Of a DNA stretch of 64,000 nt, positions 48,542 through 61,302 are shown one piece after another. Source of the stretch: Heteronotia binoei (taxonomy: Eukaryota); assembly GCF_032191835.1 (NCBI RefSeq), contig NC_083228.1, positions 53,630,001-53,694,000 on the forward strand, read 5' to 3'. A program made the position numbers and the translations under genes. A model generated the notes under the pieces. It saw only the letters and a list, made by a program, of their open reading frames with translations. It did no database searches and was not told where the DNA came from. The first letter of the stretch is position 1, and the number at the start of each line of letters is the position of its first letter.

Positions 48542-49366
48542 GTTATCAGTATAAGTAAAACAATTGAAATATTTTAGCACCTTCAAAAAAACATTATTCA
48601 ATACACATACTACTTTTATATTAAACATAGAAGCAACATGTTGCCAAATTCTTGCATTTTACTTGGACATGAGAATGAGACATCGCAATTTATTTTAGCT
48701 TTTTGATTTTATTCTTATACATTTGCTTCTCACAGTAACTGTCAATATTTACCCAGTTGGAATCCAAAGTTTTCAACTAGAAAATACTAGTTGTCAACAT
48801 ATATCACACAGTTGCAAATCAGTATATCTACACAAGGACATCAAATGTGCCTAATTATGGAGAGGAAAGGTAGGGAAGAGTGTATATTGATATTTCCCTT
48901 GAAGAAAATAGAAGGATGTTATCTTTTATTCCCTGGTTCCCAAACTGATGGACAAGTATTGCATACATATATAGGCTTGGCAGTGAGTGGGTAACAGGAA
49001 AGTTAACTGCCTGCCACCATATTAAAGGGGCAAGTAGGAACTGGACGCAGAATACATTCATTCCCGATGAATATCATTACAGAACCTAGAGGAACTATCC
49101 TTTTGCCATTTTCATGGCCTCTGAGTGGAGATAACTGACTGTAAAGGGCAGACATCTTATCCCACTTCTGTCTCTTCTTGGCCCTGTTCAGACACACAGT
49201 ATAATCAGATATCACTGCTGCTTCCTTCCGGATTTAAAGTGGCTGATCACACAGCAACATCTGCCTCCCAGTATTAACTCATGGTAGCCCCTCCCCCCAA
49301 TCCTTCTCAGGACCGGATTGTTTTGTTACCTGCTTTTTTGTGGTGTTTTAACCTATGTGCATGCGC

Positions 49367-50283
49367 TAGGGTGGCCAGACCGTCCCGGGCAGCCGGGAAA
49401 GTCCCGGTTCTGGCCCCCTATTCCCGCCTCCCGGGCTGGCTATACCGGGACCATAATTTGGGACATGACAGATTCCACTTGAAGCACACAAGCTTTTTTA
49501 ATAGAAGAGGGGGGAGGGGGTACTTTTAAAAAATAAATGGCAGTGGTGGCCTCTAGAAGTTATATTGCTCCAGACGCCAACTACCTGTTCTGTTTAGCTC
49601 TGCCCATCCAAGATTATTCATGGCTCAGCATGAACACCATGACCGTTGTTATTTTAAAATTTCATATTAGTTACTAAAATATTAGTAATAGTTACTATTC
49701 ATATTAGTTACTAAAGTAATAGTAATAAGTAATAGTTTCCTATTACTTACTATGAACATGGCAGATTGATTCAGGAAGATACAGAGAAATTTAAGTAAAT
49801 ATTTATTTAAGATTTCATCACGAGAAAATATTTTTTTCGGGGGGGGGAAGGAATGTTCTTTCTCAACATATTAATATTTATACTACCAAGTCACAGATAT
49901 GAAAGAACACATAGGGTGATATTAGATGGCCGGTTTGGGTCAGCTGCAAGCCGTCCCAAAGAGAGCCGGCCAGAAATGGAGCGCCCCAGAGCTTTCAGAT
50001 GGACTCAGAAAAGGGGCAGGCCGTGGGTGCCCAGGGAGCATCTGGAACACTCTCGCATCCCGTCTGTGGTTCTCCGGGCACGTCCCAGCTTTCCAGATGG
50101 CCGGGAAATACCTCAGAGGCACGCCATCGAAAAGGTAACACTTTGAAAGTGATGCCTTTTTGAGCCAGCTCCCAGCAAGGCAGGAGTAGGACGGGAGGAA
50201 GATGTGCATGTGTGGACACAATTTTTTGGTCCACCTGCCTCCCGTTCCCCAGGCGACTTTAAACACCCATCTGGTATCACTCA
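49367..50283. mobile_element. Probable hAT-derived element (tagggtggccagaccgtcccgg start), CpG-rich
   Basis: TIR-like left end and gtcccgg subterminal motifs; right end degenerate, no TSD seen. Confidence 0.4.
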
Positions 50284-52184
50284 TAGAGCCCTTAGGCTTC
50301 ATGACAATATTAGAAAAGTTTATGTAGTTATGAAATCACTGAGGTGAGCACTCTAAAATTTCCTAGCTGAAATTATTTAAAAATTCTTGTTTTGGGCCAT
50401 GATTTTCTGAAATGGCACCACAAAGCTGGAATTCTTAAGCATTATGAAAAACACATCCCACAACAATCTGTATTCTTTTGTGTTCAGGTGCTTCTGTCAG
50501 CAGCAGCAGACATCTTGTTTTTCTTCAATTTCCTGATTTTCCAGGCAGTGGCATTGTTTCCTTCCAACTGAATCCTTGCAAGGAACCAGGAGATACGTTT
50601 TCCTCTCTAATCACCTTTGGAAATAAACCCCAGGGAAGGAACTTCCATGAAGGAGTCTGTGGCTGCAGTCAGATGATAGGCTTGGCGCAGTCTGGCCATG
50701 TCTCTATTTTAATGTTCCAGAAAGGTTTGTCCAAAGATGCCACCCTTAACCTGCCTCACTGCATGCTCATTCCATGGCTGACCATTCAGCTTATTGCCGC
50801 ACGGTAATCACAGAGTGGGCAATCAGGAGGCATCCTTTTTTAAAATTGTCTTTCACACATCCACACAAGTGTTCATTCAAAGCATCATTCCATTTTAACA
50901 GCTCCATAATCCCTCCTCCAAATACTGCAGCCCCTCTCAGCCTCCTTCACTCTGCCTCTCTTCCTTGGATTACATGGGAGGAGAGTGTAAACATCATGTG
51001 ATTTACATGAGAGTAGCCCCATTAACATGTTCTCTTGTGTCATTCATCTCAAACAGCAACTCTGAAGCATAGTTTGCATGGGGGAAAGTTGGATGGGTTG
51101 CCAGCTCCAAGTAGAGAAACTCCTGGAAATTTGGGCATGGTGCCTGGGGAGTACAGGGTCTCAGTGGAGTACAGTGCCATAGAGGACAAAAGCATTCATT
51201 TTTTCCATGGAGACTGATCTCTGTGGTATGATTAACATCCACCCCCCCACACACACACTTTAATCAAGTTTCATGCCTAGAAAGCCCTGCACACACTTTT
51301 GGGGCAGATATTCAGTCCATGTTTTCTCAGAAGCAAGGTTGCGTGAATTTTTAAATTTTTTGCAACCTTACCCAAGTCTCTCTGAATTACGGCCTCCCCA
51401 GGCTCCCTGCCAATATGGGAGCCTAGCTAGGAACTATTCCCACAGCTTTCCAACCCCAAGAAACAGGAGAGGGGTTTTTTTGGAGCAGGAGGGTCTCCAC
51501 TTAAAAATAACTCTCCCAGGGGTTCCTAATCCTGACAAAACATGTAAGCAGTGGGGTGAAGATCTACTTATGTGCACATCACTAACTGAATTTTAAAAAT
51601 GGTATGCAGATGGAAGTGTGTGATCTGACTTCCCAGACAGCATGATTTTGCAAGAGAGAGTTCAGACATCATGAAATGCACTGTGAGACCAGTTCAGTCC
51701 ATATAGACTGGACTTTCTCCAGTGTCAGGAAATCTGAGGGTGAAAACAGGGCATTGATGATGGGGAGCAGGATACAGGTGTTACTGAACAAGCATTTTTT
51801 ATCTGGAGGGAAGAAGTAACAATATCAGATCAAACAGCTCACCTGATCACAGCCTATGTCATGCTGTGCTATTCTGACTATTCCATGTACAACTCCAAAC
51901 TGATACAAATAACTACTCACTGAGGGGTTTAAGATCAGGAAAAAGGCTGAGGAGGAAACAAGAGCTCTCTCCTCCATCTGTACCACCCCTTATCAGCAAA
52001 ATCAGGTATAAAGTAATTTTCTTGGAGCTGACATGTGATTCTCATCAAAGTGATCCCAGAGACAACTCATAAACTTATCATGTAGCTTAGCCTTCAGACT
52101 TCCACACCTCAGTCCTCTGTTCTTCTTCCTTCTGGAACTCCTTCAATAGCAGTAGTACCAATTGCTAACGAAGGTTCCCCTATT

Positions 52185-53095
52185 CATTCATTCATTCATT
52201 CATTCATTCATTTTAAAAAAAAAATTAGCTGCCTCTCTCTTGCAGAACTCAAGGTGGCTTAAAATAGAAGTAAAATTATTACAAAAGACACAATAAAGCA
52301 ATATAAATAAACCAACAATTATAAAAATCCATTACAAGTCAGAATTCTACAACCCCGAGTAGGACTGCCTATAAATAAAAACTAAATCTGTCAAATGCAG
52401 TCCTAAATAAAACTTTCTTCAACTTCCTCCTGAAGATCAACAGTAAGGACGCTAGGCACACCTCGCGGGAGAGGTTGTTTCATCATTATGGGCCTGTTGC
52501 CCAAAAGGCCCATACTTGTATGCCCACCAGACAAGCTTCTTTGCTTGGTAGAACTATCTTAATTACTGGGCAAGAATGTACAGGAGTGCAAGAAACTCGA
52601 GTCCCAAGCCATATAGGGCTTTAAAGAAAAAACCCAACACCTTGAATTGGGCTCAGGAGCAGATTGTTAGCCAATATAATTGCTGTTGGATTGGGTTTAT
52701 ACGCTCCTGGTAGCTGGCCCTGACTATCCACAGCATTCTACAGTAGCTACAGCTTCCAGTCTTCAAAGCCAGCCCTAAACAGAGCACATTGCAAGAGGCA
52801 AGTCTAAATGTAACTAAAGCACAGATCACTGTCATTAGATGCAAGTGAACCAAGAATTGGGTACAGCAGACACACCAGCTGAAACTTGGTAAACATGCTC
52901 CAAGCCACTGCAACCACCTGGCTTTCTAAGATGACTGTTGTGTTGAGCAGCACCCCTAAACTGCAAACCTGGCTTTTCAAGGGGAGCATAATCCCACCCA
53001 AAACAAGAGTGATCTTGAGTCCCTGGTCTGCCTTTCTATTGACCCAAAGAACCTCTGCCTTGTCAGCATTAAGGAAGGTACTCCTACAGAGGATG
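52185..53095 (-). mobile_element. Old L2 LINE 3' fragment
   Basis: (TTCA)n tail; NADKAEVLWV, VCSLGVLL, SLDLHLVTFRL.SCN, LQLLQNAV-like motifs. Confidence 0.75.
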
Positions 53096-55382
53096 CCCAT
53101 TGTGAAAACATGTACATCGTAAAAATTGGGTGATTTGTTATTTGCAGTCTCTCACATGCACATGTTCTTTTTTTTTTTTAACCAAACTATTTGCAAAAAT
53201 TGCATAGACAGAATAGGGGAGTATAGTTTTCTGCCAAGGAAGCCTTCCTTATTTTGTGAAAGGAAACAACTGACCACAACAAAATGTAACTATGGTGACA
53301 GTCCTGCAGTGGCGGTAGTCTTTCCATATGAGCAGAGACGCCCCAAACATCCTGGGAAACCTCTGAACCTCCTATGGTTTCGTTGTGTATGTGATACAGT
53401 GCTTTAATGTAGATTGTTAGTTCCTGCCTGGCTCATTGGACATTGTTTCAATGTCCCCAAACTGAGTTTGGGGACATTGAAACAATGGGAAGCACGATCC
53501 AAATCTCTGCTTACCCAGCCCCCTGCTGTTGCAAATGATCCAATGACATTGAAGCACAGGAACTTTGAGTATATATACTTGGCCCCGTAGGCCCAGTTTT
53601 CCAGTCATAGCTTTACCAGTAACATGCTGTATCAGTAATAAAGAGCTGTGATCACTTAGCAACAAGACTCCTCATGCATTGAACCAAGTATTTAACAGGT
53701 TTGCACCCCAGAAAAGTCAGGACTGACATGAGAGGTGTCTTGCCAGGAGACTAGAAGACAACATTGAGCCTGCAAGTGAGAGATACATAAGCTCAGTAAC
53801 AGGGCTAACACTGCTGACAGATTCCTCCATATGGTACCCCCCCTCCCCTCTCCTTTGTGGAACAGCAGCTGGGCAATCTCTGTCCAATGCCCAAGGTCTA
53901 AACAATCAGGGCTAAGACATTGCCTGTTGTCTGCCATAGGAGTGGACAAAGGATCACACATCTAGCCCATCTCCACTAACCTGAATGGATTATGTTTGAT
54001 AATGTATTTCCTGTCTCCATACCTTTAATGCCATGGAATCTACAGTATGTCCTCCTTCCAGTTAATCACTTTATTCATGAAGCAATTCTTCCAGTGTTTG
54101 TCTTACATTTGCATTTCATCCTTTATTCCAGGCCATAAAAGAAAAAAAAAATAACTTCCCAGTTTCACTAAATTATCATCTAGCATCATCCTCAGACCTA
54201 TTAGGATACATCTTGCCCTTTTGTTTGGTACTTGGGAAACACTATATATTTCTTTTGTACAACACCTCAGATCCTATCACACCATTGTCATATTCCTTCA
54301 TTTATGTTATCATACCTTAAGGATACATTTTTGGTATAAATATACCTAGTTTAACACATGCCCTTGGGTACCAAGAAAAGCAGCACCGTTCTCCAAGATT
54401 GGTAACATATTGCTTTCAACCCCCATTCCATCCTATCATACCTTCTACTCCCTTTTATTTCAGTATCTTGTCTATATATGCTCTTCGATCTGTATGTATA
54501 TTTAAATTCTATTATTTTTCTATAATAAAACTCACTTCCTTTTAAATTGGCCTGGTTCTTGGCTTTGAATAGGTTTCTCGAGGGAATGAAATCCGTAAAC
54601 ACTGGTAGTCAGATCCTATTTATTACCCCACCTCTTGCTACCTCTGCCTTTTTGCTAATTTCCCCAAATACAAAATAAAATGCAGTATCTTGCAATATAC
54701 TGTAAGGGTAACAAAAGAAGGATTGGTGAATGCAGAGTATTCAGCAAAAAGCTAAACAAAAAAATTATTGTGAGTCACTGTGAGATTAAAAAATGGATGC
54801 AGAAGGGAATTTTTTAAAAAGCTGGTGCTCAGCACTCTCCTACTGGGCTGCTGCCATTCCCTCCCCCCACCCATAAGAATCTGTGGAGGTAAATGCACTT
54901 GCACTGAAAGGCACCTACTTCAGGGATCTATATAAAGACATACATTTATCCACTCTGCTTGATACTTAGAGATTAGATGGAAGACTATGTTAGGGGCATC
55001 TCTACCTTTAACAACAGCTGCCCCAGACCCTCACATTGTTTCTCTACTGAAAACAGTGTTCACAAAATTTCAGACCCCTCTCAAAAACATGGATTGGAAT
55101 TCTTAACCAGTAATGCCCTACTTGAAAACCAGCAGTCAAAAGCCCCCCTGACCCAAATCCCAGCTCTAAAACTGTAGCAAATTATCAGAATCATTACTTT
55201 TAACAGTTTGGGACAGCTGTTTTTAAAAATCCCTTAATTTTCATGCAGATTGAAGGAGTTTGATTTTACAGATCCCTGAAGTAGGTGTATCTTGGGGCAC
55301 ATGCACTTCTCCCCACTGATTTCTCTCGGGGGGGGGGGGAGGGTGCCAGCCACTAGCATTACAAAATGTCCATTAGCTGCCT

Positions 55383-55600
55383 TGGGAGCCAGCTATGGTA
55401 CAGTGGTTAAGAGCTGGGCCTGATTCCCCACTCCTCCACATGCAGCCAGCTGGGTGACTTTGGGTCCATTACAGTTCTCTCAGAGCTCTCTGAGCCCCAC
55501 CTGCCTCACAGGGTGTCTGTTGTGGGGAGAGGAAGGGAAGGTGATTGTAAGCCACTCTGAGGCTCCTTCAAGTAGTAAAGAGTGGGGTATAAAAACCTCC
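55383..55600 (+). mobile_element. tRNA-derived SINE (Squam1-like)
   Basis: gggagccagctatggtacagtggttaagag...gattccccactcctccacatgcagccagctgggtgactttggg...tgtaagccactctgag. Confidence 0.8.
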
Positions 55601-56307
55601 TTTTCCTCCTCCTCCTCCTCTTCATCTTCTTTCTCCTGGAGCAACTGTTTTGAAGATTTGGAGAATAAGAGAAAACAAGATGCCCGTTGCTACTGATGGT
55701 AAGCACCCATCTGTATTGCCTAAGAATCCTGAATTTATTCTAGAGAATCAACCCATAGCAACACATTTTTTGTGTAGTTTTGACTATGAAGTTCTAGAAT
55801 GCACGCCACAAAAAAGGCCAGCTGATATCAGAATGTGCCTGTGTACCCACACACACACATCCCTATACATTTCTACCTTTTTCAGGCTGTCATGTTCAAT
55901 GTGAAAATTTTCTTATACTTGTACAACTTAAACAAAAAAGCTAATTTCCATAGTTACCAGACAACATTTCACAAGCCAGCTGGAAAAGGCAATACAATTT
56001 TTGATAAATGCCTATAACCGTTCTCAAGAATTACCAAGAATTTCAAGAATTACCAAGAGTTTTTGGCAAATGACCATCTTCATTTCCATTTTCTATTATA
56101 TAGCAGTGAATGTAATACAGTTTAAGTTAAATATGTCTTTGTCCAAAATTGCAGTTTTAGGATCTATGTATTATTTATCTATTATATTTGATTTATAACC
56201 CACCCTTCCCTTCATGGACACAGAGCAGGTAACAACAATCAATAAATACAGAGTTAAAAATTAATTCATATAGTAAAACAATATAACATTTTAAAAACCA
56301 AACTCAG

Positions 56308-56442
56308 NNNNNNNNNNNNNNNNNNNNNNNNNNNNNNNNNNNNNNNNNNNNNNNNNNNNNNNNNNNNNNNNNNNNNNNNNNNNNNNNNNNNNNNNNNNNN
56401 NNNNNNNNNNNNNNNNNNNNNNNNNNNNNNNNNNNNNNNNNN
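56308..56442. other. Assembly gap (N run)
   Basis: Run of N. Confidence 1.
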
Positions 56443-57620
56443 CCCTCCCCCGCCGAGGCGGGCTCAGGGCGGCTAACAGACATGGAGATCCCATGATTCA
56501 TGTAAAACAATGTAAACAATTTTAAATATATCAATTGCATAATAAATTATTTAAAATAGATAAAATGTATAAAATGGGTGCTAAAATACTGTAATCATAA
56601 TATCCACAAGATGGCTAGATGTCCACACGTCAGATTAATCGGGTTCTATCTCGAAAGCAAGCTGGAAAAGAAATGTTTTGCAAGCCTTGCGGAATTGGTT
56701 CAGGTCCCGCAGGGCTCGTACCATCTCTGGAAGGTGGTTCCACCAACGTGGGGCCATCACTGAGAAGGCCTGCTCCCTAGTAGCCTTCAACCTAGCATCT
56801 CTTGGCCCAGGGATTGTTAGTAAGTTCTGAGAGCTAGATCTCAGTGCTCTCTGGGGCACATATGGGTGTACATATCAAATTACATCCACTCCTCCCATAC
56901 ATTCCCCAGCTGGTACAATACAGATGACATAGTCCTAAGGTAGCAGGTCAACTTGACAGAATTATTTTAGCAGGACTGTTGCAGCAGGGAGGACAGAGGC
57001 TGATAAACATCCACCACCTCAGTTGAAAGCCTGGTGGAACAGCTTTGTCTTGCTGGCCCTGTGGAACATCAACAGTTCCCGCAGAGCCCTGATCTCCACT
57101 GGGAACTTGTTCTACCAGGTAGGGGCCAGGACAGAGAATGCCCTAGCCTGGGTTGAGGCTAAGTAGACTTCTTTGGGCCAGGGATTACCAGCAAATGTTG
57201 ATTCATGGAGCATAAAGCTCTCTGGGACTTTTTGGGAAGAGGCAGACCTGCGGATATGTTGGTCCAAGGCTGTTCAGGACTTTGAAGGTCAGAACCAAAA
57301 CTTTGAACTGGACCTGGTACTCAATTGGTAGCCAATGCAGCTGGCAGAGCACCAGCTGCATGCACACCCGTATCAGCAATGCAGCAAGCAGGTGTGCCAC
57401 TGCATTCTGCACCAGCTGGAGTTTCTGGGTTAGCCCGCATACAGTGAATTGCAGAATTCCAGTCTGGAAGTGACTTTGCATGGATCACTGTGGCCAGATC
57501 CTGGACAGAGAGGTAGGGAGCCAACTGTCTTCCCTGTCATAGATAGTAAAAGGCAGACCTGGCTACCGCAGTGATCTGGGCCTCCATGGAAAGCAAGGCA
57601 TCCAGATTCACCCCAAGGCT
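56443..57620 (-). mobile_element. Two L2 LINE 3' fragments (about 56443-56856 and 56970-57620)
   Basis: gggctcagggcggctaac tail; PQRALRSSSQNLLTIPG; LQLVQNAVAHLL, LHWLPIEYQVQFKVLV. Confidence 0.8.
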
Positions 57621-57761
57621 CCAGTCCTATTGGTGATAATAGTGCCCCACTAATGGTCAGGAGCCTCAGTCTTTTTTCCTCACAAATAACTGTGCCATTT
57701 ATCTGCAGACAACTTGCCTTGCATAATGTAATCTCATTTTTGCATTTATAGTGCTGGTTAC

Positions 57762-57940
57762 CTTATAAATTTTTGTATATACTTGGAGTTAAAGATATGC
57801 ACAAGATGGATTGACATCAGACCACCACTATTAATTTTGTAATGTATAACCACATTGAGCGCAAATGAATTCCTGATCTCATCTTCCAGTTTTCTCCAAA
57901 CATACTCTGGTCTAGCAAACATGGTCCACATAAGCATCTG
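57762..57940 (-). other. Candidate coding exon of an unidentified gene (inside 207-aa ORF 57758-58381)
   Basis: Acceptor gtgtctccactgcag(cag), donor AAG|gtaacc; frame QMLMWTMFARPEYVWRKLEDEIRNSFALNVVIHYKINSGGLMSIHLVHIFNSKYIQKFI open, other two frames closed. Confidence 0.4.
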
Positions 57941-60572
57941 CTGCAGTGGAGACACAATGAATTGTTTCATGGGGTGGGGGGGGGGGAATTCCATATCCAA
58001 TGACTTGCCTATCTCTCTGGCACAAGGATAGAGAGAAGACAAACTTAGTACATGCATATTTTTAAGGGAACAAACTACATATCCTACCTTAGGTTCTGGG
58101 AGAGGAGATGATGATGACAAGGTATTTGCAGAGGATGAAAAAAGACAAAACAAGATAGGACACCTTGGCACAAAACAGAATTGCTTTGGCATGTGCAGCA
58201 CAAGCCTGTATATAGTTACCTCAAAGTGAACTCCACTGGGTTCAACAAGCTTACTGCTATGTAGGATTTCAGATTCTGTTTTTATCATAATATTGACCTC
58301 AGCAATCACCAAAAGTTTATATGCAGAACCATGGCTTTCCATTGCATTCGTGTGTGAAGTCATGTGGATATGTGAGCACATGCCTATCAGTTATTCTCAC
58401 AGAAGCTGCAGTGGAGTTTGGCTTGTCTGTATAGGCCCCAAGAGTTATATGCAGTGACTACAGAATCTTTTTTCCCCCTAGTTAAGTGTGGAACCCCAAA
58501 GAAATGTAATATGTAGGGCAGACCTTAGGGTTCCTCCCTTTAACCTATTCAGTTTGACCCAAAGACTTTTCATTTTTTTGTGAATATATTGCAATTAGAA
58601 CACTCGGTTTTCTTCAGCAATTCTTAATTTCCTATCTCTCCTTATCAGGCTTTTTGTCATGCTGAATGGTAGCCTGATTCTATTTATTTAATTTCTTGAA
58701 ATGTCGCAAAATAACGATAAATGCAGGAGTGCACTATTTAACGGGAAGCGGAGAAGCAACTTGCCATTTCTGGTGGTATTTCACCTCTTTTGCTTTCAAC
58801 ATGTTTAATTATGTATGAGCTTCTCTCTCTCTTTCCCCCCCAAGAAAAATAAAAGCCACCCTCAAATAATGTGAGACGTCTACTAGGAAAGGAGATTTGA
58901 AGGTGATAAATGTTATTTAGAATCACTATGATATGATTCATATTGTGATGTGATTGGAAACAATATTAAAACCCACCAAGGCTATTATACCTAAATTTTT
59001 GTTTCAATTCATGCAATATTGCTGCTGCTTAATATGATTTCTATTTACTTCGTTCCATTGTTAGTGTTTTATTGAGGTTGTGTCGGTTTTATCAAGCTAA
59101 TCTTGACTGGAAATGGAGGTCAGGAGATCCAAAGCGCAGGCAAAAAGCCTGCTTCCATTATATATTCTCCTTGCTATGAATTCACTTGAAAACCTTCACT
59201 CTAATATAAACTCTCTTTCTTTGCCATTCTTCAGTTACAATATTTTACCTGCACAAGCCCTGACAGCTTGATATTTAAAAGCTATATAAACTCTCATAGT
59301 CTAATTTTATGTTCCTTTCCTATAAAGAGGTATGAGACCTTTTTAAAAAAAAAAAAATCTAGAGTGTTTATCGAAAGAGTTTCAGATCTAGTTATCTCTG
59401 CCATCAATAAAGAAATAAATTTGAAAGGTTATTTTAATTAAAACTCAAGCACGTGCCCTACTGCTGTTATTGGCCACGAGACTGTCATGTACAAACTCAT
59501 TAATACTTCCTATGCGAGGGTGAGGCAAGAAAGTCTTTGCTAGGATATAGTTTAGCAAAACAGAATATTTTAAATGCTTTATAAACCCTACATCTCTATC
59601 TCTATTTGTAACGATCTGTGAATAATGAAAAAGTCATATGAATTTCCTATCTTCCCCCTCTCTCTTGAATGCTCATGAAGGCCCATAGAGAACTCCCATT
59701 AAGATCAATGTAGCCTAGATACAAGTTTCGCACTGCATGCAGGCAAAAGTGACATGAGGAATTACAGTCAATGGGAAAATCAGCAGTCACTACATGTATA
59801 CCTGGAAGGGCTTTGCCAGAACATTCAGACCTTTTTTGGATCCCAGATGCTACACAGAATGGGAATTTGCAGACATTGTCATCACACGTGAGGTGTCATA
59901 TATGAAGCTGTCTTCCACTGAACCATACAACTGGCCCATCAAGATCAGTACTATCCACTCATACTGGGATTGGCTCTTCAGGGACTCAGGCAGAGGTCTT
60001 TCACATCATCTACTGCCTGGTCCTTTTAACTGGAAATGCTCAGGATTGAACCTTCTGTATGCGAAGCAGAGACACTTCCATTGAGCCACAGTTTCTCCTT
60101 CAAAGGAGGGTGGCTGCTTAACTCCACTTAGAATAGCATGTGGTAAAAATATTTGGAATTGGATTACTGCAGATTACTATCACAATCTGTCTTTTTTTTA
60201 GCCATCAATTTTTAGCCTCGCCCAGGATGTAATTACTGTTTATGCAGCCTTTAGACTACAAACCTATGATGTAATTTCTCTTTGGGCAAAGCAGCACATG
60301 CACAGAAACTCATTGCCCTACAACTAACAACTACGTTTACCAGGCTCAGACTAGCAGCCAGCAGCAGACTGGGGGAACATGGGTGGGCAGCTGTCAATGA
60401 AAGCATAATGTCACTTCTGAAGAAAAGGAAGTTATGTCAATCCTCTCCAGGAATTGCTAGAAATGCTATGGTTCTACCACAGAATCTCCAGCAATTCCTA
60501 GAGAAGGGAAATGTCATGTCTGGGTTTGTCCTGCAAGTGATGCCATGCACACACACACATTATAATATAGTG

Positions 60573-60874
60573 TGTTCTATGCATGGCAGAGTCTCGGAAT
60601 AAGTCATAACAAGCTCTTTAATGGGAATCACATAGTAAAAGGTTACAATACAAGACTGGTGTTGGGGCCCACAGGCCGAACTTATATACATCTCTGGGTT
60701 CCCGTGCAGGCACGTTATTTGGTCATTCAAACCGGCGGGGGCTTGTGATTGGTCCTGGGCTGTGGGGGTTTGAATCCTACAGCCCTTTGTTCCCAAGTCC
60801 CCAAGCTCAGTCTGTATGGCTCCAATGAGCCAGGTGGAAACACCAAGTCTTACTTTGAGTCCACATACATAACA
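60573..60874 (-). repeat. 3' LTR of the Gypsy element (about 300 bp)
   Basis: Minus strand starts TGTTATGTATG right after PPT aaggggagaggga (60875-60887); ends ...AACA; TATA-like tatataag and ATTAAA inside. Confidence 0.8.
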
Positions 60875-61302
60875 TCCCTCTCCCCTTAATTCACAAGCCC
60901 CTAGTGGATACAGTATTTTAGGTACGCAGGCTTGCGGTGCTTTCGCGTCGACCGCCTGAGCCCAGGTGTTGGCAGCGACGCGGTTTCTTCTTCAGGCGTT
61001 GCTGGTGGAGGCCCTGGTGCTGAGGTGGAATCTGCTGGCTGGCCTGGGTCCTCCGAGGTTTCTGGTGCTGATGGTGGTCCTGTTTGTTCCACTGGTTTGG
61101 GCATGGGTGTAGCGGCTGTCTCTTCTGCTTCCTCCAGCTCAGGGGTTGTTTCACCACAAGCAGGAGCCAGGGAGGCTGCATTCTCTTCATTTCCCCCGGG
61201 CACCTCTCACGCATGTATTTGATCAATGTGTCGCCTTATTGTGAATCCCCACTCTGAGGTGACTTCGTACATGATGGCCCCTAGTACCACTCTGAGGTGA
61301 CT

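Noticed and set aside
31160-50620. Plus-strand acceptor-like sites (about 31186, 34843, 34918, 47340, 50497)
   Set aside because: Downstream frames close quickly or lack a matching donor; pyrimidine tracts are common by chance in AT-rich DNA
56024-56059. Short tandem duplication tcaagaattaccaaga x2 (similar ones at 25865-25907 and 43600-43650)
   Set aside because: Ordinary slippage-type microduplications
57860-57940. Resemblance to the cytochrome P450 I/J-helix (WTMFARPEYVWRKLEDEI)
   Set aside because: Spacing is wrong and the following K-helix ExxR context is absent
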